Numbered from the stretch's first letter, positions 48,052 through 59,625 are shown. The stretch is 64,000 bases of DNA from an uncultured Rhodobacteraceae bacterium (GCA_943787605.1 CALSNB010000001.1:81404-145403), one strand, 5' to 3'. Numbers and translations: made by a program. Notes: generated by a model from the letters alone, not told the origin.

Positions 48052-50280
48052 ATGGTTAACAGCAAGTCGCCCGATATTATTTATACCAAGGTAGACGAAG
48101 CTCCACAACTTGCCTCAGTGTCTTTGTTACCTATAATTCGAACTTTTGCGAATGTGGCTGGGATTACTGTGGGAGTTAAAGATATTTCACTAGCTGGTCG
48201 CATTATTTCGTCTTTTCCAGAGCGCTTGGGTGACACTCAAAGACAGCCTGATGATCTAGCTGAGCTTGGCGAATTGGTTAAGAAACCAACTGCAAATGTT
48301 ATAAAGCTACCGAATATTTCGGCCTCGTTGCCACAACTTCTAACAGCAGTAAAGGAGTTGCAAGCGCAGGGGTATGATCTGCCTGACTATCCAGAAGTTC
48401 CAAGCACACAAGTCGAGAAAGATGTTCGGTCCCGTTATGATGCTATAAAAGGTTCAGCTGTAAACCCAGTTTTACGTGAAGGTAACTCAGATCGTAGAGC
48501 TGCTGTCGCTGTTAAGAACTATGCCATGGCAAATCCACACTCGATGGGAGTTTGGTCTAACGACAGCAAGACACGTGTATCCACTATGGCTTCTGGGGAT
48601 TTTCGATCTAACGAAACCTCAGTCACGTTGACAAAGGAACAAGCTGGAGCGGTAAGTATAGAACTTGTCACTGATGCTGGTAGCACTACTGTTTTAAAGA
48701 ATGGTATTTCCTTTCCGGTTGGTACTGTGGTGGACGCTACTTTTATGTCTTCAAAAGCGCTTAATAATTTCTTAGATGAGCAGATTAAAGCAGCAAAAGT
48801 GGAAGGAACCTTGTTCTCCTTACATCTCAAAGCAACGATGATGAAAGTCTCTGACCCCATTCTCTTTGGTCACGCGGTAACAGCATATCTTAGACCTATT
48901 TTTGAGACTTATAGTGCAGTTCTACAGGCTGCTGGAGCTAATCCAAACTCTGGGTTTGGAGCTTTATTTGACGTATTAAAAAGAATACCAGAAGGATCTA
49001 TGATTAAAGCAGAAATTGATGCCTTTTTGGCTGAACAACCACCACTATACATGGTTAACTCAGAAAAAGGGGTATCAAATTTGCATGTACCCTCAGATGT
49101 CATAATTGACGCTTCAATGCCTGCACTGATCCGTGCTGGTGGTAGGGGTTGGGGGCCAGATGGTAAAGAGGCAGACTGCAATTGTGTGATCCCAGACAGT
49201 TCCTATGCCGCTGTTTATGATGAAGCAATTAATTATTGCAAGGAAACTGGTTCTCTTGATCCTGCAACTTTAGGCACGGTACAAAACGTTGGTCTTATGG
49301 CGCAAAAAGCGGAAGAGTACGGCTCACACCCGACAACCTTTGAGGTTCCTGCTGACGGAACCATTCGTATGATTGCATCGAACGGAGATATCTTGCATGA
49401 ACATAGGGTTGAGAAGGGTGATATATGGCGCTCTGCCAGCACTAGAAAAGGTGCAATTGAAAACTGGATTCAGTTGGCTATTGAACGTCAAAAAGCTGAA
49501 GGCTGTGATGCAATCTTCTGGTTGGACGAAACTCGAGCTCATGATGCTGAGCTATTAAAAATAGTCTTACCCATGTTGAAAGTTACTAACACCTTGGGAA
49601 GCTTCCGTATCATGGCTCCGCGTGAGGCGACACGGAGTTCTTTTGAGATTATTCGGCAGGGTGAAAATACTATTGCTATTACTGGCAATGTCTTGCGTGA
49701 TTATCTAACAGATTTGTTTCCAATTCTAGAGTTAGGAACATCTGCAAAAATGTTATCTATCGTGAAATTAATGAACGGGGGTGGGCTGTTTGAGACTGGA
49801 GCGGGCGGCTCGGCACCTAAGCATGTTCAACAATTAGCAGAACAAAACCATCTCCGATGGGACTCCTTGGGAGAGTTTTGCGCGTTGGGCGAGAGTCTAA
49901 AATATTTTGGTAGCGTAAATGATAACCCAAAAGCCTCAACTCTAGGGGTCACTGTTGATGTGGCAACACAATCTATCCTTGATAATAACAAGTCACCTGG
50001 TCGAAAAGTAGGGCAATTAGATAATCGAGATAGCCATTTTTACTTTGCATTGTATTGGGCCCGAGCGCTAGCAACACAAACTGAGGACCCAAAATTGGCA
50101 AAACATTTTATACCAATTGCCGAGTCTTTATCAAATAGTGAAGAACTGATCATGCGAGAATTACATGATGGTCGTGGAGAAAGAGCTGATCTTGGAGGTT
50201 ACTACAATACTGAACCAAAAAAGACCGAGGAAGTCATGATGTCATCTGCGACTTTTAAGAAAATCCTTAATACAGTTTAG
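48052..50280 (+). CDS. icd: monomeric NADP-dependent isocitrate dehydrogenase
   Basis: 742 aa. N-terminal [21 protein letters not shown] and overall length are diagnostic of the monomeric IDH class. Confidence 0.95.
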   Translation: MVNSKSPDIIYTKVDEAPQLASVSLLPIIRTFANVAGITVGVKDISLAGRIISSFPERLGDTQRQPDDLAELGELVKKPTANVIKLPNISASLPQLLTAVKELQAQGYDLPDYPEVPSTQVEKDVRSRYDAIKGSAVNPVLREGNSDRRAAVAVKNYAMANPHSMGVWSNDSKTRVSTMASGDFRSNETSVTLTKEQAGAVSIELVTDAGSTTVLKNGISFPVGTVVDATFMSSKALNNFLDEQIKAAKVEGTLFSLHLKATMMKVSDPILFGHAVTAYLRPIFETYSAVLQAAGANPNSGFGALFDVLKRIPEGSMIKAEIDAFLAEQPPLYMVNSEKGVSNLHVPSDVIIDASMPALIRAGGRGWGPDGKEADCNCVIPDSSYAAVYDEAINYCKETGSLDPATLGTVQNVGLMAQKAEEYGSHPTTFEVPADGTIRMIASNGDILHEHRVEKGDIWRSASTRKGAIENWIQLAIERQKAEGCDAIFWLDETRAHDAELLKIVLPMLKVTNTLGSFRIMAPREATRSSFEIIRQGENTIAITGNVLRDYLTDLFPILELGTSAKMLSIVKLMNGGGLFETGAGGSAPKHVQQLAEQNHLRWDSLGEFCALGESLKYFGSVNDNPKASTLGVTVDVATQSILDNNKSPGRKVGQLDNRDSHFYFALYWARALATQTEDPKLAKHFIPIAESLSNSEELIMRELHDGRGERADLGGYYNTEPKKTEEVMMSSATFKKILNTV

Positions 50281-50389
50281 CTCAAGTAGTTTCAGTTTAT
50301 GTCATTTTTGTATCTGTAAACGATATACATTAGGGAATTGTTGTGAAAAGCGTGTGAGCTAACTAAGAATTAGTATAATTGGAGTTATT

Positions 50390-52162
50390 GTGACATCTAG
50401 CAAAAACCAAAATATAAAGCAGTCAAGCTCAAAAAATATCAAAGCATTGTCAGCTATATGGCCGTTTTTAAAAAATTATACAGGGTTAATGGCTCTTGCT
50501 TTAATAGTGCTAGTTTTAACTGCGTCAATTTCATTAGTTTTACCTCTAGCAGTAAGAAAAGTAATTGATGAATTCGGAGAACAAAGTACTGGTTTACTAG
50601 ACCAGCATTTTACCTTGGCATTAATTGTTGTCGCTTTATTAGCTGTCGGAACAGGCGTTAGATACTATTTAGTTACTAGGCTTGGTGAGAGAGTTGTCGC
50701 TGACATTAGAGCTTTGGTATTTAAAAATACCATCGGAATGAGTCCTTCTTTTTTTGAAAAGATTTTAACTGGTGAAGTTTTAAGTCGAATTACTACTGAT
50801 ACTACTCTGATATTATCAGTTATTGGGTCGTCGATTTCCGTAGCTTTAAGAAATGTGTTACTTTTTTCCGGTGGTATTTTGATGATGTTGATAACGAGCA
50901 ATAAACTGACAACGTTAGCTCTATTGATAGTTCCCCTTGTAATAATTCCAATTGTTTTTTTAGGAAAAAAACTACGAACCTTGAGCCGTGAGAACCAAGA
51001 TCATATCGCAGCTAGTTCAGGAAACGCATCGGAAGCTTTTTTGGGAGTGCAAACTGTACAGGCTTTTACAAACGAAAATCTAGCTATTCAGTCATTCTCT
51101 AACCTTACAGAAGAGTCCTACAGGGTGGCTTTGAAAAGAATTTCTATACGAGCGTTAATGACAGTTATCGTTATTTTTTTAATTTTTGCCGGTATTATCG
51201 GAGTTCTCTGGGTAGGTGCCAGAGATGTACAAAATGGAACAACAAGTGCTGGTGAGTTAATACAGTTTCTAATTTATGCTATTATGGTCGGTGGAAGTGT
51301 TGCAGCATTGTCAGAAATTTGGGGAGAATTGCAGAGAGCTGCTGGCGCCACCGAACGGTTGGCGGAATTACTTAACGCTCGAGATTGTATAATAGATCCT
51401 GTAAAGCCAAAAATATTACCTAATATTAACGGGAAAATTCAATTTAACAATGTTGAATTTAGTTATCCCTCTCGACCCAACGGTGTAGCCCTAAATGGCG
51501 TTTCGTTAACGATAAATCCTGGAGAAACAGTTGCTCTTGTAGGGCCATCTGGAGCTGGAAAATCTACTATTCTTCAACTTATCTTACGCTTCTACGATCC
51601 CTTGTCTGGTGAAATATTGATAGATGATTTTAACCTTAGAGACCTAAAGAAAGAAGACTTTAGAAAGGAAATCGCGTTAGTTCCACAAGACCCAATTATT
51701 TTTGCGACCACTGTAATGGAAAATATAAAATTTGGCCGTCCAAATTCTACAGAAGAAGAAATTAAAAAGGCTGCAAGGTCAGCTTCAGCTGCTGATTTTA
51801 TTGAACAACTACCTCAAGGATACTCTACCTATGTCGGCGAACGTGGGATGATGCTCTCAGGCGGTCAAAAACAAAGAATAGCAATAGCTAGAGCAATTTT
51901 GCGAAATGCACCAATTCTGCTTCTTGATGAAGCAACCTCAGCTTTAGATTCTGAAAATGAAGTAGCAGTTCAGTCAGCTGTTGATGAGCTATCTAGAGGG
52001 AAAACGACACTTGTGATTGCCCACCGATTATCAACTGTTCAACGAGCTGATCGGATCGTAGTTTTTGATAATGGGAGAATGGTTGCAGAAGGCACACATA
52101 AAGGCCTTATTTCCCAAAATGGGTTATATGCAAGGTTAGCGCATTTACAATTTGGTGTTTGA
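50390..52162 (+). CDS. ABC exporter, fused transmembrane and ATPase domains (MsbA/ATM1-like)
   Basis: Six-helix N-terminal domain, Walker A GPSGAGKST, signature LSGGQKQR, Walker B ILLLDEATSALD. GTG start. Confidence 0.9.
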   Translation: MTSSKNQNIKQSSSKNIKALSAIWPFLKNYTGLMALALIVLVLTASISLVLPLAVRKVIDEFGEQSTGLLDQHFTLALIVVALLAVGTGVRYYLVTRLGERVVADIRALVFKNTIGMSPSFFEKILTGEVLSRITTDTTLILSVIGSSISVALRNVLLFSGGILMMLITSNKLTTLALLIVPLVIIPIVFLGKKLRTLSRENQDHIAASSGNASEAFLGVQTVQAFTNENLAIQSFSNLTEESYRVALKRISIRALMTVIVIFLIFAGIIGVLWVGARDVQNGTTSAGELIQFLIYAIMVGGSVAALSEIWGELQRAAGATERLAELLNARDCIIDPVKPKILPNINGKIQFNNVEFSYPSRPNGVALNGVSLTINPGETVALVGPSGAGKSTILQLILRFYDPLSGEILIDDFNLRDLKKEDFRKEIALVPQDPIIFATTVMENIKFGRPNSTEEEIKKAARSASAADFIEQLPQGYSTYVGERGMMLSGGQKQRIAIARAILRNAPILLLDEATSALDSENEVAVQSAVDELSRGKTTLVIAHRLSTVQRADRIVVFDNGRMVAEGTHKGLISQNGLYARLAHLQFGV

Positions 52163-52484
52163 ATAAAAATGCTAAAAAAGAGAGTTGTAAATATCACTTT
52201 TGGCATCTTTTTATACTTTTCTTTGCGAGGCATTTAAACTTCTTTAATTTATAAAAACGTGAGTTATTATTTTAAATAAATAATTCTTGTTAATATTTAC
52301 CCTTCACAAATGGTTTACACAGAAATTTACTAACTATAGCTCTTAAAGTCTTTAAACCCTATTTTATCCATAAAAAAATTTATCTTGATTTTTTTTGAGA
52401 TTAATTCATATTTTTAATAAGAAAACTTTAAATTAATTCATTTAGTAAGAGGTACCGTTAAAAGTTACACAAAAGGAAAAGCCA

Positions 52485-52754
52485 ATGGCAAAATATGCAT
52501 TGATTCAATTTAAAATTAATAATGATTTTTATGATTGGGAATCTATATTTTATACGTCGCAAGCACGAGCTAGAGAATTTGGAATTTTAGAAATTTTTCA
52601 TGGTAAGAAATCTAGTGATTCTTCTTCCTGCGCGATATTAGCCATTATTGAATCTGCTGATAGAATGGATGAATTTCTGCATGTTGCTTCAGATGATATC
52701 GTTAGGTCAGGTCATATATTGGAGACTACTGAGGTAACTTTTTATGAAAACTAA
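52485..52754 (+). CDS. hypothetical small cytoplasmic protein
   Basis: 89 aa with an AAGGAAAA ribosome-binding site. No motif recognised. Confidence 0.4.
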   Translation: MAKYALIQFKINNDFYDWESIFYTSQARAREFGILEIFHGKKSSDSSSCAILAIIESADRMDEFLHVASDDIVRSGHILETTEVTFYEN

Positions 52755-52868
52755 CATTAGTTAACATCACATTATTTTTAGGATTTCTTGAGAACAGTGT
52801 CCTCATTAATTATTATATTTTTTTGAAAATTTATATGAATATCTTAGTATTTTCTCATTAGAATGTAT

Positions 52869-53831
52869 TTACTTTGATTTATTATTTTGGCGAGCAATCA
52901 CTCCCATTGTCGCAGCGATTACTCTAGAGACTGTCATAGCACCAATGCCGTCTACATCGGACTCGGGAAGGAATTCGGTAAAATTTGCAGCGGCGATAGT
53001 ACCTTTTGATGCAGCACCTTTTATCAAACCTATTGCTTGGGAATATGTTAATCCGCCTGGGCTTCTCGCAAGAACGCCAGGGACTATAGAGGGGTCAAGT
53101 CCATCTACATCAAAGCAAATTATTATGTTTGCTCCGGGCGTAATGTGTTCAATGATTTGGGTTATTCCATATAGATGTACGTCGTCTGCTGGGATAATCT
53201 CTGCCCCCCATTCCTGAGCATCTTGAACGTCGTCTAAATGTGCTGAGCCAATACCACGAGCTCCAATCTGAATAATTTGCTTAATGTGAGCCATTTCTGA
53301 AGCCCGCCGCATATTTGACGATAATCCCAGCTTTTCATCCATATGGGAATGCCGCCAGTCAATATGAGCATCAATTTGTAGGATGGTGTAATACTTACCA
53401 GTATCTGCCAGAGCGTCCAACATAGGAATGGGCACTGAGTCATCTCCACCAACAACAATCGGAACAGCGCCTGCCTTTAGTGCTTTTGCGACAGTGGCTC
53501 TAATTACGGATCTGTTCTCAGAAAAATTAGTTTCACTAAAGGGTAAATTTCCGTAATCACCTGCTGGTTTGCTACCTTTGGGAAAAATCGGTCCGCCAAT
53601 GTCAAAATTGTATCTATCAATATTGTTAGCCATATAACCAATGGCCTTGCGGATTGCATCTGGAGCATTTTGACAAAAGGGCCCCATATTGCCATATGGT
53701 GTTGCACCTTTGGCCCCTATAAAAACTGACGATGCATTAATCATATCAAAATCATGACAAACTTTTAGGCCAAGGAATGTCTTAGATGCTGTTGCTCCAA
53801 GTATGGACTCTATATCTGGTTTTTTGGTCAA
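52869..53831 (-). CDS. arginase-fold ureohydrolase with a variant first metal motif (GGDDS)
   Basis: IDAHIDW and FDVDGLDPSIVPG are canonical, but the GGDHS motif reads GGDDS. TTG start with AGGAAA upstream. Confidence 0.8.
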   Translation of the reverse strand: MTKKPDIESILGATASKTFLGLKVCHDFDMINASSVFIGAKGATPYGNMGPFCQNAPDAIRKAIGYMANNIDRYNFDIGGPIFPKGSKPAGDYGNLPFSETNFSENRSVIRATVAKALKAGAVPIVVGGDDSVPIPMLDALADTGKYYTILQIDAHIDWRHSHMDEKLGLSSNMRRASEMAHIKQIIQIGARGIGSAHLDDVQDAQEWGAEIIPADDVHLYGITQIIEHITPGANIIICFDVDGLDPSIVPGVLARSPGGLTYSQAIGLIKGAASKGTIAAANFTEFLPESDVDGIGAMTVSRVIAATMGVIARQNNKSK

Positions 53832-53907
53832 AAGCGCTTTTCCTATAAAATTAGAAGTTTATCTATTTTACACTTAGGTTCGTAAAGGAACTTCTAGAAT
53901 CCCTTAA

Positions 53908-54369
53908 CTACCCTTTATTTATAATATTAGATTGAGTTGCAGGGGTCCCATCTAAGTTTATTCTATGTTTAGGATAGATAGCGTCACCATCATTAAATGC
54001 TAGCCAGTGCATACGTTCATCGGTAAACATATGTGTCTTTATTTCTATTTTAGATGGGTCGTCGAGGGTTCCTAGCATAATAACTTGTATATCTGGAAAC
54101 CGGTCAATCGTTACTGTTACAGTAGTTGCACAAGTAGGACAAAACTTAACGTTTAGCGATCTACCATGTTCAGGACTAGTATAAATATAGGTCTTAACCT
54201 CACCATCATTAAATTTTACTGAACTTTTTTGACATCTCAATCCGGACCGAAATGCTGTACCCGTAGCCTTCTGACAAAACCTACAGTGGCAGCCATACGC
54301 AAAGTCGGGCTCTTTATTTAGTTCAAACCTAACCGAGCCACAAAGGCATCCACCAGTATGCTTATTCAT
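53908..54369 (-). CDS. GFA (glutathione-dependent formaldehyde-activating / CENP-V) family Zn protein
   Basis: GGCLCGSVRF, CHCRFCQK and CPTC form the Cys pattern of the GFA domain. Confidence 0.85.
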   Translation of the reverse strand: MNKHTGGCLCGSVRFELNKEPDFAYGCHCRFCQKATGTAFRSGLRCQKSSVKFNDGEVKTYIYTSPEHGRSLNVKFCPTCATTVTVTIDRFPDIQVIMLGTLDDPSKIEIKTHMFTDERMHWLAFNDGDAIYPKHRINLDGTPATQSNIINKG

Positions 54370-54516
54370 GTTTAAACCCTCTATAAGTTAAAATTTAAAT
54401 TACATAACTAAAATCTTTTTTTGTTCTTTCAAAAAAAATTACTCCTGATGTAATATTAAGTCAAATCTCTAATCTTCTTGTACTTCGTTTTCAAAATCAC
54501 GGTGTTATTACATACT

Positions 54517-54921
54517 CTAGCTTGGTTTAGATTGGGGATGCTCTACGGGACCTCCAGCTTCAACCCAACCAGAAAATCCGTCTGAGATGTGTGTGGCCTC
54601 AAAACCCATGTCATTTAGGGTCGCCACACTTAAGGCCGATCGCCACCCTGAAGCACAGTGAAAGATAAACCGTTTATTTGAACTAAATATTTCTTTGAAG
54701 TATGGACTTTGTGGATCAACCCAAAACTCAAGCATACCGCGAGGTGCATGGTAACTTCCTGGAATATAACCCAGTTTATGACGCTCCCGGATGTCTCTGA
54801 TGTCAACTATCAAAGAATCCTTGTCATTAATTAGGCCTAATGCCTGTTTAGCGGTCATTTCTTTGATACGAGCTTTAGCTGCAACAACCATATCCTTGAC
54901 GGGTGTTTTAAGTGGTTTCAT
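54517..54921 (-). CDS. single-domain rhodanese-like sulfurtransferase
   Basis: Active-site loop HCASGWRS, and a size of 134 aa. Confidence 0.85.
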   Translation of the reverse strand: MKPLKTPVKDMVVAAKARIKEMTAKQALGLINDKDSLIVDIRDIRERHKLGYIPGSYHAPRGMLEFWVDPQSPYFKEIFSSNKRFIFHCASGWRSALSVATLNDMGFEATHISDGFSGWVEAGGPVEHPQSKPS

Positions 54922-55238
54922 ATGATCTCTTCCCCTTAGTTGTCTTAGTTATTAGATGATGGAAACTATATACTCTGAAAGCTCACCTCGTCTTAAGCGA
55001 AGCTTTATAGAGTACTATTTATAGTTTGTCTGGCTACTATAGTTTTTGGTTTGTTAAAGCTCAGTCACTACGTTCGACATGCTTTTGTCAAATATAAAAC
55101 TAACTCCGTTGATAGTCTCCCGATAAGTTAATAATTATAAATATAATAAAAAGTCATTTAGATTAATATTGTTAAAAGTTTTGAGTTTTAGTTTTGTTAT
55201 TACAATTTCGGATAGACAAGCGATGTGTATAACTACTC

Positions 55239-56117
55239 TTAGTAGGCATTAGGTTTTTTTTGTAGGTCTCGATGGAAAGGTAAAATTTGGCTGAAATGTT
55301 TTTTAAGACGCTTTGAAATGCACTCTGCTACAGAAACTGAACGATGTTGTCCTCCTGTGCACCCAAGTGCTATTGTTAGCCTTGCCTTTCCAGTAGAGGC
55401 ATGAAGAGGAATCCAACGTTCTATCAAGGGGCATATTTCATCAATAAATCGATTAGTTTCTGGTTGCAAAAAAATATAATCAGCAACCGGCTTATCTAAC
55501 CCAGTTAGATCCCGCAATGTAGCATCATAATAAGGGTTAGGTAAAAACCGGACATCAAACATCATGTCTGCATCAAGTGGGACACCATGCTTGAAGCCAA
55601 AACTCATAATATCAATGTCAATGTCGATACTTACTTCCTGGTTCATTACTATTCGCCCTAAACGCATCTTTAGCTCACGGGGGTTAATACGAGTTGTGTC
55701 CAAGATGAGGTTTGCTCGTTCGCGAACCTTAGAAAGAAGTTTTCGTTCTGCCGCAATATTTTCGTAAAGACTATGACCTTCCCTTACTGGATGACGTCTT
55801 CTTGTCTCAGAATAACGTCGTACCAGTAAATCATCAGCACAATCTAAAAATAAAATTTTGTGAAGGGTACCGTTAGAGCGTAATACCTCTAGAGCTGCAA
55901 ACAAATCTGTAAACATTGAACGCCCTCGCACATCCATTGCTATTGCAATACGTTCGCGACTATCTGCTTTGAGAGCTGGAATTTCTGACAGTTGAGTTAA
56001 GAGCGACGGTGGTAGATTATCTATACAAAAGTAACCTAGATCTTCTAAAGCCTTCATAGCTCCGGTCTTTCCAGCACCGGATAAACCTGTAACAATCAGA
56101 AGTGGCTCACTCGACAT
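55239..56117 (-). CDS. rapZ: RNase adapter protein RapZ (YhbJ family, P-loop)
   Basis: GLSGAGKTGAMKALEDLGYFCIDNLP, and a C-terminal GCTGGQHRSV motif. Confidence 0.9.
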   Translation of the reverse strand: MSSEPLLIVTGLSGAGKTGAMKALEDLGYFCIDNLPPSLLTQLSEIPALKADSRERIAIAMDVRGRSMFTDLFAALEVLRSNGTLHKILFLDCADDLLVRRYSETRRRHPVREGHSLYENIAAERKLLSKVRERANLILDTTRINPRELKMRLGRIVMNQEVSIDIDIDIMSFGFKHGVPLDADMMFDVRFLPNPYYDATLRDLTGLDKPVADYIFLQPETNRFIDEICPLIERWIPLHASTGKARLTIALGCTGGQHRSVSVAECISKRLKKHFSQILPFHRDLQKKPNAY

Positions 56118-56195
56118 TTGGCTTCCTCTCGGGATATATTATTACTAATCTTTAAATTCTTAGCAACTAAATTTACAATTAATTTTTTTAAGGCG

Positions 56196-57185
56196 ATGAT
56201 TATGCAAGTTAAAGATCCAATTTATGTGAAATCTGAGTGGGCAGATCTGAAAGAGTGTGTTTATGGTTCGCCTGATGCTTGGGTTTTACCCAAGTTTCTA
56301 GCTGATGCTAGATTGCGGGCACAAGGTGAGTTTGGAAAATTTTGGGAAGCCAATGCAGGGAAAGACGTTTCAGTTGCAGCTCCAGAAGTGTTTAAAGAGC
56401 TATCAACGCAAATTCGTAAGACAATCACTATTTTGGAGTCACATGGAGTTTTAGTTCACGTTGCTGGACCAATAAGTAAGAAAAACAGATTATTTCCTCG
56501 AGGTGAGGATCACGGTGTTAGTACACCTTGGATGAGAGATCCTTTTGTTACAATTGGTAATAACGTAATAGAATTGGCACCTCGTAGTTTGTTCCATCGC
56601 AGGCAACGCTTTGCTATTAGGGAAATCCTTGCATCTACAATGGACAGAGGGGGGCGTTATTTCGCCCAACCAGATTCTGGGTCAGATGATTATGTAGATG
56701 CGCCAGGATGGGGGTATCTCGAAGGTGGTGATGTTTTTGTTCTCGGTGATGAGATCCTTGTTGGTCACTCTGGTGGTTGCTCAAATCCTGAAGGAGCTCG
56801 TTGGTTGCAACACGCACTTGGTTCAAAATACAAAGTGGAAACCGTCACTATTGATCCAATGTTCCCCCACCTTGACTGTGTTTTAATGACACCAAGAGAG
56901 GGTGTCGCCTTTGCGTGTTTAGAGGCCTTACCAGAGGGTCTTCCGAAGTTCATGTTAGATTGGGATATTGTTAATGTTCCAAAGACCCTGGCAAAAGCCC
57001 ATATGGGCTGCAATAACTTGGTCTTGAACGATAGAACTGTGCTAGTCCCGGAGGAGGAACCTCTTAATTTTATAGCTAATGAGTTAAAATTAAGACGTTT
57101 TGATGTATTAAGAACTCCATATCGTGTTCCTTGTATGGCTGGAGGATCATTTCGCTGTGCCCATCAACCTTTAGTTCGTATTTAA
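56196..57185 (+). CDS. amidinotransferase-fold enzyme (glycine/inosamine amidinotransferase-like)
   Basis: MRDPF, EGGDV, HLDC and a C-terminal catalytic-Cys context GGSFRCAH. ATG 56196 or 56202 is more plausible than the TTG at 56118. Confidence 0.75.
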   Translation: MIMQVKDPIYVKSEWADLKECVYGSPDAWVLPKFLADARLRAQGEFGKFWEANAGKDVSVAAPEVFKELSTQIRKTITILESHGVLVHVAGPISKKNRLFPRGEDHGVSTPWMRDPFVTIGNNVIELAPRSLFHRRQRFAIREILASTMDRGGRYFAQPDSGSDDYVDAPGWGYLEGGDVFVLGDEILVGHSGGCSNPEGARWLQHALGSKYKVETVTIDPMFPHLDCVLMTPREGVAFACLEALPEGLPKFMLDWDIVNVPKTLAKAHMGCNNLVLNDRTVLVPEEEPLNFIANELKLRRFDVLRTPYRVPCMAGGSFRCAHQPLVRI

Positions 57186-57292
57186 CTGTAGATAATATTA
57201 TTTATCGTTATAGTAATACTTTAAATTACTCTAGACATCATATGTATCTCAATACAGTGTATCAGTAGTGAAAAAATTTGGAATGGTGAAAA

Positions 57293-58288
57293 ATGAGTAC
57301 TGTAAGTCTTGACTTAGATGAAATTTATGCTCTTGCGCATGATACTATGATTTCTAATGGATGTGATGAAGCTAATGCTTGTGCACTTGCTGACATTGTA
57401 ACCAGAGCAGAGAGAGATGGATCACATTCTCATGGGCTGTTCCGTATTCCAGGCTATGTTAAGGCTTTGCGTAGTGGTAAAGTCGACGGCAAAGCTAAAC
57501 CAAGTGTTCAGAGAAAAACTTCTGCTGTTGTTCATGTCAATGGTAATGGTTGTTTTGCTCCAATTGCCCAGGAAGTCGGATTACCTGTTTTGGCTGAAGT
57601 AGCGTCTGAGCTTGGGGTGGCAGCGTTGTCACTTACAAACATTCACCATTTTGCTGCTTTGTGGCCGGAAACTGAGTTCCTTGCTGATCGCGGTCTTGTT
57701 GGAATAGCTTGCACTGCTTATATGCCGACGGTCGCGCCAGCTGGTTCTAAGGAAAAGTTTTTTGGTACAAACCCTATTTCATTTGCTTGGCCTCGTCCCG
57801 GACATACACCCGTGTGCTATGACATGGCTACCTCTTCAATGGCATTAGGAGATCTTCAGATTGCTGCGCGAGATGGTAAAACTGTACCGTTAGGGACTGG
57901 GTTGGACTCTGATGGGAATGAAACTACTGATCCTGCAAAAATTGCTGCCGGAGTTCTCTTGCCTTTCGGCGGTTATAAAGGTTCTGCGATTGCCTTAATG
58001 GTAGAGCTTCTTGCTGGAGGCTTAACTGGTGAACAGTTTAGTTATGAAGCCGTAGAAAATGATAATGGTGATGGTGGTCCACCTCGGGGTGGAGAAATAG
58101 TTATAGCATTGTCCCCTTCATTGATTTCTGGGGGTGACTGGGAAACTCATGCAGAGGCATTCATGAAGCGTTTAACAGGATTGGAGGGCGTTCGTTTACC
58201 AGGAGCAAGACGACACCAAAACAGATTAGATACAGGTCCACGCAGTATAAACGGGGCTCTAGTTGAAACTATAATGGAACTCCGCTAA
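57293..58288 (+). CDS. Ldh_2-family NAD(P)H oxidoreductase (malate/L-lactate dehydrogenase 2; imine or ureidoglycolate reductase-like)
   Basis: SHSHGLFRIPGYV and FGGYKGSAIALMVELL motifs. Confidence 0.85.
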   Translation: MSTVSLDLDEIYALAHDTMISNGCDEANACALADIVTRAERDGSHSHGLFRIPGYVKALRSGKVDGKAKPSVQRKTSAVVHVNGNGCFAPIAQEVGLPVLAEVASELGVAALSLTNIHHFAALWPETEFLADRGLVGIACTAYMPTVAPAGSKEKFFGTNPISFAWPRPGHTPVCYDMATSSMALGDLQIAARDGKTVPLGTGLDSDGNETTDPAKIAAGVLLPFGGYKGSAIALMVELLAGGLTGEQFSYEAVENDNGDGGPPRGGEIVIALSPSLISGGDWETHAEAFMKRLTGLEGVRLPGARRHQNRLDTGPRSINGALVETIMELR

Positions 58289-58374
58289 TTAGCTCGATGA
58301 TATCTTTAGATAGGTTTATTTTCTTGAAAAATAATTATTAAATATGATGTAATATGTCACACATTTTATATGTA

Positions 58375-59391
58375 TTACGAAATAACGTCATTATCGGCGT
58401 CTTGAACTACTAGCATTAACATATCACCCCTACTTACATAGCCGCGGTTAGTATGCGCCAATACAAAACCATTATGTGGAAACACAATGGTTTCTGAATG
58501 CCGTTTGGGGTCAGTAGAATAGTGAAGGTATCCTGCAATTTGCCCTGCTTTTATAGGCACACCTGCGCTCACTTTTCTATCAAAGATTCCATTTCCTTCA
58601 GAGAAAACACTATGCTCTTGTGATCTAATCTCGACTTTATGAACTTTGTTTGGTTCGAAACTAGTTTGGTTTCTCATTAGAATTTTTAGATAGCGTAATA
58701 AGCGATACAAACCTGCTTCTGTGGTATTTGTTATACTTGGGTCAACACCACCACCACCTCCCAGTTCGGTCGCTATCATCGGCACACCTGCGCGCTCTGC
58801 AGCAGAGTTCAAAGAGCGTTTGTCATTATGTGCTCCAAGGATCCATATTAGTGGTAGTCCGAAAGCTTCTGCTAACTTTATATTCTTCGCATATAGTTCA
58901 ATATTTTTTGTTTGGGTCGCCAAAGTGCATGGAGTAAAGAAAGAGGCCTTTCCACCTGAATGCAAGTCAATTGCTGCATCTGATAAGGGTAAGAGTTCTG
59001 TTTCTACATAATGAGCAATTTGATCAGTAACCCCACCTGTGGGGTCACCTGGGAATGCACGGTTTAGGTTCTTGCCATCTAAAGGAGATACTCTTGAAGA
59101 AGCCCCCACTGCAGGTGTGTTTAGTCCGGGCACGATAATTACTTGCCCGGTAATATCTTTTGGTTGAAGGTCCTTAACCATACGCATCAGAGCTGAGGGT
59201 CCTTCGAATTCGTCTCCGTGTGTTCCGCCAAACATTAGCATGACAGGCCCTGGTCCACTTTTTATACTAATAATCGGTACGGGGTGATAACCTAAAGGCA
59301 CACTGTTGTCAGACCATCTGACCCTTAGGTCTCCAATATGTTTTCCTAGTGCTGCTAGATCGATACTTGAGGTAATGGTACTTTTACTCAT
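58375..59391 (-). CDS. succinylglutamate desuccinylase/aspartoacylase-family Zn deacylase (DoeB-like)
   Basis: GGTHGDEFEG and DLHSGG are the Zn-binding motifs of the AstE/AspA family. Confidence 0.8.
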   Translation of the reverse strand: MSKSTITSSIDLAALGKHIGDLRVRWSDNSVPLGYHPVPIISIKSGPGPVMLMFGGTHGDEFEGPSALMRMVKDLQPKDITGQVIIVPGLNTPAVGASSRVSPLDGKNLNRAFPGDPTGGVTDQIAHYVETELLPLSDAAIDLHSGGKASFFTPCTLATQTKNIELYAKNIKLAEAFGLPLIWILGAHNDKRSLNSAAERAGVPMIATELGGGGGVDPSITNTTEAGLYRLLRYLKILMRNQTSFEPNKVHKVEIRSQEHSVFSEGNGIFDRKVSAGVPIKAGQIAGYLHYSTDPKRHSETIVFPHNGFVLAHTNRGYVSRGDMLMLVVQDADNDVIS

Positions 59392-59625
59392 AGGTGCTCT
59401 CGTTGTGTGTAATTTAAATTGTTTTAAATAAGTAATTATGATTAAAAAAAGTCTTTTTATTTAACCAAATTGTTAAATTCTCTTTAATAGGTAGGTGAAA
59501 GTTAATTATTCTCCATTATAACTCTGTCATCATAGGTAGTACTATTAATAAATACAAAAAGTTGATATTTTATCTACTCTTAATATAAAAGGAATTGATT
59601 TTTTATCTTAAGTAGAGGAATTAAC

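Noticed and set aside
55239-56117. rapZ standing alone, without the rpoN-hpf-ptsN-npr neighbours known from enterobacteria
   Set aside because: Its gene context varies among proteobacterial lineages, so without knowing the taxon this is not evidence of anything unusual.
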